This document shows, in pieces, positions 57,083 to 64,000 of a stretch of DNA of 64,000 nt. A program made the translations under genes and the position numbers. The stretch covers positions 79,702-143,701 of IMG/VR virus record IMGVR_UViG_3300037485_001282; one strand, given 5' to 3'. Position 1 is the stretch's first letter. Every line of letters begins with the position of its first letter. Below the pieces are notes generated by a model that was not told where the DNA came from, ran no database searches, and worked only from the letters and a program-made list of their open reading frames with translations. This stretch comes from a virus.

Positions 57083-59062
57083 ATGCCCTTATATCGAAAA
57101 CAAAAGCCAAAAGTATTTAAAGAAGAAGGAGAGATTGTAGGAAATAACAATGCTCCACTGGGGTATCGTAATCCAGTTTCTGAACGGTCAATCGCTTTTG
57201 TTAACGGCACCCCTTCACCAGATGATAATGTTTTTTTGTTATCGGCATTAGAATCAGTAATGGGTTCTACTAATATAGACGGAACGAATCTACCAGTTTT
57301 GAACACAGAAACAACAGTAGAGAATTACATAAAACCGATATTTTTAGGAAGTAATGGACAGCCCTCTGAAGAGTTTCTTTATACCAACCCAACCGCTAAT
57401 CTGAATTTGACAAAAAACGCAGATTGTGTTACTACTTTTATGTTTGCCAATATTCAAGCAAAAAAGTCAGAGAGAGGATTTAAAGAACAATTACAAAAAA
57501 CCGATCCGAATATACCAAACTCTGTTACTAATAAAACACCTTCAGCTACATCAGAACAAAAATATCAACTAATGTTTATAGAACAAGGAGATGAGTTTAA
57601 TTCTAGGATAAGAATAAATTCATTCGATATTATTATTGATAATTTAGGTAAAGGGATTAATACAATTTTATCTTCTCCGTTGCAGTTAGATAATTGGTAT
57701 GATGGAAGATGGGTAGATTATAATATAGGAAATAATGTAACTATTGGCGCTACTAATGATCCAGTAAAGGAAAGAAAAGTTGGAGATAGATTAAATTGGT
57801 CATTTGGAAGTGTGTTTTTAGCAAAAACCTTTGGATCTATAACAAGAAACACAGAAGAAACCTTTAGGGAATTAAAATATACATTTGATAATGGAAAAAT
57901 AACATTAAGCGATTGGGATTTTTCAGTTGAAATTTCGCCTACTGAATTTTCAAGTAGATATGGTGAAAAAGTAAGTATAGTATATGGCAAAAAAGAAGAG
58001 ACGGAAATATTATCCAAAGACCAAATTTCAAGAGGAGTAGTTGGTCGTAAAATTTTTACGTTCCTAATGAATTCTCTTGAAGAAGGGGAGAATATTAGAA
58101 TAGAGGAAGCACATGGTGGAATTAAAATCGGCGTTGATTTTAATTATAATAAGATAACAAACTGGTATTCCCCATCTTCATCTAGTTCAGCAGATAATAT
58201 AATAAATCTTTCCCCAGGAAATACGTTGCATTATGATTTTGGAGATGGATTAGCGAATATTAGATTTAATGGAAGAAACGGTCAAGTTTCGTATGTTTCT
58301 ATTGGTGGAGACACAATACCAGTATCAACTGTAAACGGATTTTTTGTTTGGAACTACGGTACAATTAACGCATATACTTTTAAAATATTTAGAGAATGCC
58401 ATAACTTTAAATCATCATTGGGATATACATATCAGATATGTTTCGTTGGTTATCCTAGAATTATATTTTCGTTAGATATTTTATCTAGAAGTTCAAGTTC
58501 ATCATCATCGGAATCTTATTCTTCTAGTAGTTCGTTGTCTTCGGATTCGTCTGTAGCCGATGAATCATCGTCATCGTCCTTTGATAAAAATCATTCTTCA
58601 ACATCAAGTTCATCTTTGAGCTTATTGAGCTTATTAAGTGTATCATCTTTGTCTTCAAAATCATCACAATCAAGATCAAGTGATTCTTCGTCTTCATCTA
58701 ATTCTTCAAGTAGTTCATCATCGAAATCCTCCGTGTCTCTGTCATCTAATTCTTCAAGCAGCACGTCTTCTGTATCTGATGTATCTTCTAGTTCAAGATC
58801 CAACAATGACACTTCTTCACAGAGTGAGTCTTCGCTTTCAGATAATTCTAGTTCTTCTAGTAGCTCTAGTTCTTCAAATTCATCTTCGTCATCTTCCGAA
58901 TCGAATAGTTCAAATAGTTCTAGTTCATCTAGTTCCTCCAGTTCTTCTAATTCTTCTAGTTCAAGCTCTTCGAGTAGCAATTCTTCGAGTAGTTCAAGCT
59001 CCACGTCTTCTAATTCATCTAGTTCATCTCATTCTATTTCGTCTTCCTCCCAATCACCATAA
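57083..59062 (+). CDS. Putative virion surface/fibre protein with ~190-aa serine-rich C-terminus
   Basis: Poly-Ser tract ~58490-59050 using mixed TCN/AGY codons. Confidence 0.7.
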   Translation: MPLYRKQKPKVFKEEGEIVGNNNAPLGYRNPVSERSIAFVNGTPSPDDNVFLLSALESVMGSTNIDGTNLPVLNTETTVENYIKPIFLGSNGQPSEEFLYTNPTANLNLTKNADCVTTFMFANIQAKKSERGFKEQLQKTDPNIPNSVTNKTPSATSEQKYQLMFIEQGDEFNSRIRINSFDIIIDNLGKGINTILSSPLQLDNWYDGRWVDYNIGNNVTIGATNDPVKERKVGDRLNWSFGSVFLAKTFGSITRNTEETFRELKYTFDNGKITLSDWDFSVEISPTEFSSRYGEKVSIVYGKKEETEILSKDQISRGVVGRKIFTFLMNSLEEGENIRIEEAHGGIKIGVDFNYNKITNWYSPSSSSSADNIINLSPGNTLHYDFGDGLANIRFNGRNGQVSYVSIGGDTIPVSTVNGFFVWNYGTINAYTFKIFRECHNFKSSLGYTYQICFVGYPRIIFSLDILSRSSSSSSSESYSSSSSLSSDSSVADESSSSSFDKNHSSTSSSSLSLLSLLSVSSLSSKSSQSRSSDSSSSSNSSSSSSSKSSVSLSSNSSSSTSSVSDVSSSSRSNNDTSSQSESSLSDNSSSSSSSSSSNSSSSSSESNSSNSSSSSSSSSSSNSSSSSSSSSNSSSSSSSTSSNSSSSSHSISSSSQSP

Positions 59063-59065
59063 TTT

Positions 59066-61654
59066 ATGCCAAATAATGTAGTAAAAACATATGAAGTTGG
59101 AAACTTAGGCTCAACCCCCACAAATTTTTTTGTGGGGAAGACGCATCTTTCGTCTAACGAAAAACTACCAACTAATAACAACCAATCAGTGTTTTTATTT
59201 GCGTCATTAACTGCTGGAAAAAACGTAAGAATAGACCAAGCAACAGAAAAAGAACCACAAATATTCATAGACGCAAAATTCTATGACTTTAAACCGTATG
59301 GTTATTTAGTTAATTACTCAGCTAATAAGAATCTAGAACAACTACAAGAAAATTTTTCAAATCCAAATGTTAATTTAAAAACAATTTTAGACTCAGTAAG
59401 TTTTTTTAACTCAGACTTAGATATTAAGTTTAAAACACTATCAGCGAACAATGGAATTACCGTTGAAGATATTAACGATGAGTTAGTTTTAAAAGCAACA
59501 GAATATAAGATTCAAAATAAAACCGACGCAAAATCAATAAAATTATATACAAATACTTCAAAAGATACAGATGGAAACTTTAACTTTAATGTAAATAAAT
59601 TAATTGAAGGTAATTGTATTAAGTTTAGACAAATCCTAGAATTCGCTTGGAGCGATATAGTGTCATCGTCTAGTTCCTCAAGTTACTTTTTAACATCTAG
59701 TTCGAGTTCATCTAGTTCATCGGAATCGTCTAACTCAGAATCAACTAGTTCAGCTTCTGATACTTCTTCGTCATCAGATAGTTCACAGTCTTTAGATTGT
59801 TGTGGAACTAGTAAAATTAGCGCATATTTACTGACATTGGAATCTAGTTTTAATAATCCAAGTAATGTTTTTAACTTTACATATACGGATAATTGCTTTT
59901 ATTCGGAAATAAACCCAAGATCGTTCGTAGAGAAAAACTTCAGTGGAAACAGTACAGTTGAATCAAAAGAAATCAACTTTCCATTAAATATTTACTCACC
60001 AAGTAATGATACTTTTTTGTGGGTTTATGATAATTTCGTTGCGTTGGATGCTAAAAGAATAAATATTAAGTACTCACTAATTAAAGATAATAGTTACTTG
60101 GATGGCGTCTGCTTAACTTCTATTAAATATAAAAAATCAGACAATAGTTTATATAGTCACGAATTGAGAACACCAAGTGACCATGTTTATACCGCATATA
60201 ATAATATTACAATAGAGATCCCCATACATAATTTTAGCCAAGACGGGTATCCAGTCTCTTATAGTGACTTAGATACAATAGAAAATGTAGTTACTTCTAA
60301 TGTTAATCTTATAATAGATACTGAGTTCAATAATAACTTTAACTCATATAATCTGAACTCATCTGCTTTTAGCTTACAGTCAATATCTACTCTAAGTAAC
60401 TCTTATAAACTGATTTATTCGTTTGATGAAGGATCCAATACAGGAAATAGTGGAATCGTTGAAATTATAGTTACTAAATGTCCAGCGTTAAGTAACTCCC
60501 AGGAACTAGTAGGAACTTTAATCATATCTACTCAAAGTTGCTGTAATGAACAAACAGGCGAAAATCCTCTCATTAGACAATTTAGTTCCGAAAGCTCAAA
60601 TTCTTCTAGTAGCTCAAATAGTTCCTCAAGTTCCTCTAGTAACTCTAGCTCCTCAAGTTCATCTAATTCTAGTTCATCTAGTTCATCAAGTAACTCAAGT
60701 TCATCCAATAGTTCATCTAGTAGCTCATCAAGAGACTCATGGCCTCCTATAGCTGATGTGTGGACCTATATGACATCTTCATCATATGCGGCGATTGGTA
60801 ACGGAAATGGTAATAGATCATACGCTTATGCTGGTGAATTATATTCTGCGACATCAAAAGAAATTATTAAATATGATCCGATTTCAAATTTGGTGTCTAA
60901 AGTATCTGACTATCCGTTAAGGGCAACAAGATCTATAGGATACACAGTATTTTTAGATAATAAAATTTATTGCGGTTCATATACGTATGGATGTTCTCAA
61001 CCATATTATAGTGAGTTCTATTCATATGATCTTCTTTCTGGTGTTTGGACTAGATTAGCAGATAGACCAGGAGCATCTTATTGTCAAGCAGTAGCTACTA
61101 CCGATAATAATATAATAATGGTTATCGGTGAAGATTGGGCTTATCAGTGTTTTGGTGATGGCTGTTCTGATATGTGTCCTTATTTAACAAAAACGATTCA
61201 TTATTATAATCCAAATACTGGTGTTTGGTATGATGGTAATGAGTTTCCAGATTTATATGATTGGTATTATTTACATACATTAACAATAGATAATACTATA
61301 TATGGATTAGCTTCACATAGAAGATGTGGAAGAAGTTACTGTACTAATAATCCCGCTAAATTATATAAATTTCAAAACGGTAATTGGTCTTATTTTACTG
61401 ACGCTCCCCTATTTTGGGATTACTATAATTTAACGTGGGTAAATTATTACGGAACAATTTATATGGGCGCACAAACAGGAGGCGCTGTAGTTGGTAGAAA
61501 CTATGAGCGATGGTATATTTTTAATCCAATAGATATAACGTGGACCGAAAAACAGTATATTCCTGGTGGAGCTTGGCAATCTGCAAGTGGAGCAGATACT
61601 TTAGGGAGATACATATATGGATTCTGGGGTTGGGATGTTTGGCGGTACGGTTAA
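59066..61654 (+). CDS. Putative fibre/receptor-binding protein with poly-Ser linkers and C-terminal Kelch-like beta-propeller
   Basis: Ser tracts ~59663-59790 and ~60583-60730; repeats Y.YD...GVWT, YYNPNTGVWY, IFNPIDITWT. Confidence 0.7.
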   Translation: MPNNVVKTYEVGNLGSTPTNFFVGKTHLSSNEKLPTNNNQSVFLFASLTAGKNVRIDQATEKEPQIFIDAKFYDFKPYGYLVNYSANKNLEQLQENFSNPNVNLKTILDSVSFFNSDLDIKFKTLSANNGITVEDINDELVLKATEYKIQNKTDAKSIKLYTNTSKDTDGNFNFNVNKLIEGNCIKFRQILEFAWSDIVSSSSSSSYFLTSSSSSSSSSESSNSESTSSASDTSSSSDSSQSLDCCGTSKISAYLLTLESSFNNPSNVFNFTYTDNCFYSEINPRSFVEKNFSGNSTVESKEINFPLNIYSPSNDTFLWVYDNFVALDAKRINIKYSLIKDNSYLDGVCLTSIKYKKSDNSLYSHELRTPSDHVYTAYNNITIEIPIHNFSQDGYPVSYSDLDTIENVVTSNVNLIIDTEFNNNFNSYNLNSSAFSLQSISTLSNSYKLIYSFDEGSNTGNSGIVEIIVTKCPALSNSQELVGTLIISTQSCCNEQTGENPLIRQFSSESSNSSSSSNSSSSSSSNSSSSSSSNSSSSSSSSNSSSSNSSSSSSSRDSWPPIADVWTYMTSSSYAAIGNGNGNRSYAYAGELYSATSKEIIKYDPISNLVSKVSDYPLRATRSIGYTVFLDNKIYCGSYTYGCSQPYYSEFYSYDLLSGVWTRLADRPGASYCQAVATTDNNIIMVIGEDWAYQCFGDGCSDMCPYLTKTIHYYNPNTGVWYDGNEFPDLYDWYYLHTLTIDNTIYGLASHRRCGRSYCTNNPAKLYKFQNGNWSYFTDAPLFWDYYNLTWVNYYGTIYMGAQTGGAVVGRNYERWYIFNPIDITWTEKQYIPGGAWQSASGADTLGRYIYGFWGWDVWRYG

Positions 61655-61666
61655 TAAAGGAACTTT

Positions 61667-62575
61667 ATGGAACTATCAGATGATGATATAAGAAACTTAG
61701 TTACTAATAGCAACTTGAATTCAAATGAAGTTACTATTGATTTTATTAATAAGAGAATCTACGTTGATTCTATTAGAGATAATATTGAAGAGACTAAGCA
61801 GTTTATGATAGATAATAATTTTAGATATGTTGGAGAAACTATTCAGATTAAATACGACCACGAACATTGTGGTTGCTTAGAGAACAATGAAGTAACTTCA
61901 GTAGCTCAAGATCCAGAACCATGTTATATTCTTCAGTCTTCAAGTTCCCAATCATCAAATAATGTAGAATATTGCACAGACGTAGTATCTTTTAAGACTT
62001 ATTATGCTAATGAATTTACTAAGACAACAGGAGCAATAGAAACATTAACTTTAGATTCTACTTGTGAGGAGGGAAACTGTTCTTGGAAAAATGAACCAGA
62101 TCCTATTTTCGTTCAAGTATTTGACGCAACCAATCAAAGAATTTACTTTAAGCAAATAAATGAACTATCTCAGTTAAAAGTAGAGAAAGTAAATAACCAA
62201 GATAAGTATATTTTTAGAAAATTTAAAGAAATTTCATTTTTCAATACAACTACCGCTTCTCCTTCTGGTAACTATGAGGTTATCCTATCTGATTGTGCCT
62301 TATTGAGCCAAACAGAACCAGAGAGAAAAGATATTGAAATTATAGTACTTGAGAACTTTAAAGAAGACTTAAATAACTTAATATATAATTTCCCCAGAGT
62401 AAATGATTCAGACTTTAATACATATGCTCACATAGACCATGCCGCAAATAATTGCAATATGGGATCCACAGGAGACGCTGAAGGTAACTATACAGAAAAT
62501 CTGACCCTTTACAATGACTGGAGAAATATTTTATTAAGAAATGCAAACTGGACAGTCACCAAATTTACTTTTTAA
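61667..62575 (+). CDS. Hypothetical structural protein related to upstream fibre-like ORFs
   Basis: Short Ser tract, FKT/FKQ/FRK beta repeats, AAAGGA RBS. Confidence 0.55.
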   Translation: MELSDDDIRNLVTNSNLNSNEVTIDFINKRIYVDSIRDNIEETKQFMIDNNFRYVGETIQIKYDHEHCGCLENNEVTSVAQDPEPCYILQSSSSQSSNNVEYCTDVVSFKTYYANEFTKTTGAIETLTLDSTCEEGNCSWKNEPDPIFVQVFDATNQRIYFKQINELSQLKVEKVNNQDKYIFRKFKEISFFNTTTASPSGNYEVILSDCALLSQTEPERKDIEIIVLENFKEDLNNLIYNFPRVNDSDFNTYAHIDHAANNCNMGSTGDAEGNYTENLTLYNDWRNILLRNANWTVTKFTF

Positions 62576-62592
62576 TTTGCTATAATAAAGGG

Positions 62593-63195
62593 ATGAACGG
62601 TTTTTTTAGTAAATTTAAGTATCCAGAAGTTCCTAAAGTTCCTAAGAGCGACCATGGATGGTTCCCTAAGTGGAATGAGGAACTTTTAGTTCCTTTAGTG
62701 GCTAATAAGTTACTTATAGTCGAACTAGGTTCTTGGTTAGGAAAATCTACTAGGTACTGGTTAAATAACTCAAGAGCAAGAGTGATCTGTATAGATACTT
62801 GGTTAGGATCTATAGAACATCAAGGTAGAGAAGATGTTAAGGATAAATTACCTACTCTTTATGAGACTTTTTTAGTAAATCAAAGTGACTTTAAGGAACG
62901 AGTTTATCCACTAAGAGCATCTACGATTAAAGGGATGCTTGAAGTGGCTAAAAGTTCCTTGGAGCCTGATTTCATTTATATAGACGCTGATCATTCATAT
63001 GAAGCGGTTTTTAGTGACTTAACAGTTGCTTATAGTTTATTTCCAGATGCTTTGATTTGTGGTGACGATTGGAACTGGAAGAATAGGAACCAAAATAAAC
63101 GAAAGACTGTCCAGGAAGCAGTTAAAGAATTTTGTAGAGTAAATAAAAAGGAATATGTAAATAACCATTGGGCTTGGTGCCTTAAAGGAAATTAA
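62593..63195 (+). CDS. Class I SAM-dependent methyltransferase (Methyltransf_24-like)
   Basis: VELGSWLGKS, CIDTW.GS, DFIYIDADHSYE.V..DL, ICGDDW. Confidence 0.9.
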   Translation: MNGFFSKFKYPEVPKVPKSDHGWFPKWNEELLVPLVANKLLIVELGSWLGKSTRYWLNNSRARVICIDTWLGSIEHQGREDVKDKLPTLYETFLVNQSDFKERVYPLRASTIKGMLEVAKSSLEPDFIYIDADHSYEAVFSDLTVAYSLFPDALICGDDWNWKNRNQNKRKTVQEAVKEFCRVNKKEYVNNHWAWCLKGN

Positions 63196-63384
63196 ATGAA
63201 TAAACTAGATGAAAACATGCTTAATAAAATCTTAGTTGCTTTAGAGAAAAGTTTAATCCGAGAGGGTCATAAGGTTTCTAAGCAGCAACTTGAAGTTTTT
63301 AGGAATAGTATTAAAAATCAACTTGAAAGTTTATCCGATGAGCAAAGAAACCAGTTTATTGGTATGTTGTCAAGTAGATTATAA
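63196..63384 (+). CDS. Hypothetical small protein
   Basis: AAAGGA RBS, adjacent to previous stop. Confidence 0.6.
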   Translation: MNKLDENMLNKILVALEKSLIREGHKVSKQQLEVFRNSIKNQLESLSDEQRNQFIGMLSSRL

Positions 63385-63414
63385 TTTTTTTATAAATAGA
63401 ATTGAGGATTACTA

Positions 63415-64000
63415 ATGGATATTTATGGTAACTTAAAAATAAATGGTATATTAGAAATAGCATCAACACCAGCATCTGGGTCAATAGTATTTCCTACTAA
63501 GATAGGAAATGTACAAGATGTTTTAATGGTTACTATAGATCCTCTTGGGTCAAAGCATTTACAATTTAAATCGTTTGCGGCTATTCTTGGTGAATCGCCT
63601 AGTACGAGTGGATTATATAATCTACAAAGTCAAATTAATGATCATGTTAATACAAATCACGTCAATACAGTAAATTCTATAGTCGGTGATGTTACAATAT
63701 ATCCAGGTACAAATATTAATATAACACGGGATGGACAGCACGTAGTTATAGATTCAACTATATCTGGCGGGGATATTCCACATAATACATTATTGAGTAT
63801 TCAAGGCGGAAGCACCAATAGTTATTACCATTTAACACAACAACAATATTCTGAATATATTGGTAAAACAGAAGTAAGTAGTGTGTCTGGAAACCTCCAA
63901 ACACAAATTAATACCAAGGCAAACTCTTCTGATTTAACGAATTACACATTATTGAGTACAACCTCAAGTGTGTCTGGAAACCTCCAAACACAAATTAATA
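63415..64000 (+). CDS. Partial tail-fibre-like protein (runs off window)
   Basis: Not in ORF track; open from ATG 63415 (MDIYGNLKINGILEIAS...) to edge; TATAAATA 63391-63398, GAGGA RBS; SGNLQTQIN repeats. Confidence 0.8.
   Translation, partial: MDIYGNLKINGILEIASTPASGSIVFPTKIGNVQDVLMVTIDPLGSKHLQFKSFAAILGESPSTSGLYNLQSQINDHVNTNHVNTVNSIVGDVTIYPGTNINITRDGQHVVIDSTISGGDIPHNTLLSIQGGSTNSYYHLTQQQYSEYIGKTEVSSVSGNLQTQINTKANSSDLTNYTLLSTTSSVSGNLQTQIN
63880..64000 (+). repeat. 34-bp exact direct repeat, 87-bp period, in fibre gene
   Basis: AGTGTGTCTGGAAACCTCCAAACACAAATTAATA at 63880-63913 and 63967-64000. Confidence 0.9.

Noticed and set aside
58591-59004. E/L-rich 137-aa minus-strand ORF
   Set aside because: Antisense shadow of the poly-Ser tract; no RBS or promoter.
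60730-61654. DGR variable region in the aromatic-rich fibre tip
   Set aside because: No template repeat or reverse transcriptase seen in the window; domain looks Kelch-like, not C-type lectin.
20951-61666. AGGAACT before many start codons as a novel Shine-Dalgarno type
   Set aside because: The AAGGA part is an ordinary SD; the extended match is better treated as overlap with the genome-wide heptamer.
1-64000. Stop-codon reassignment and tRNA genes
   Set aside because: Core genes are full length in the standard code with TAA, TAG and TGA all used as stops; no cloverleaf recognised by eye (tRNAscan not run).

Overview
64 kb of an AT-rich, large T4-like (myovirus, Tevenvirinae-distant) phage genome. 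It covers part of the replication/recombination module (family B DNA polymerase, gp55 late sigma, gp47/gp46, uvsW, two uvsY-like genes, Hjc-type resolvase, RNase H, dUTPase) and most of the morphogenesis module (gp4, gp20-67-21-22-23, gp13-14-15-16-17-18, two gp19 tail tubes, baseplate genes, tape-measure-like protein, gp3, poly-serine fibre-like proteins). About 20 perfect T4 late promoters (TATAAATA) are present. Most notable: (1) a stand-alone, catalytically intact TnpB whose predicted guide (15 nt just after its right end) matches the neighbouring tail-tube genes directly after an identical TTTAT TAM-like motif, with TAM-proximal mismatches to self, i.e. a candidate RNA-guided homing/competition endonuclease; (2) two fractured genes: DNA polymerase with a Ser1, apparently cysteine-less split intein, and gp46 with an atypical 31+123 aa split intein, each interrupted by a free-standing endonuclease with its own late promoter; (3) a 7-mer, AGTT(A/C)CT, in helically phased 9-11 bp arrays across coding and non-coding DNA; (4) a 127-aa stand-alone fragment paralog of the major capsid protein in a sigma70-type unit. 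All calls are from motif recognition by eye; no database searches were run.
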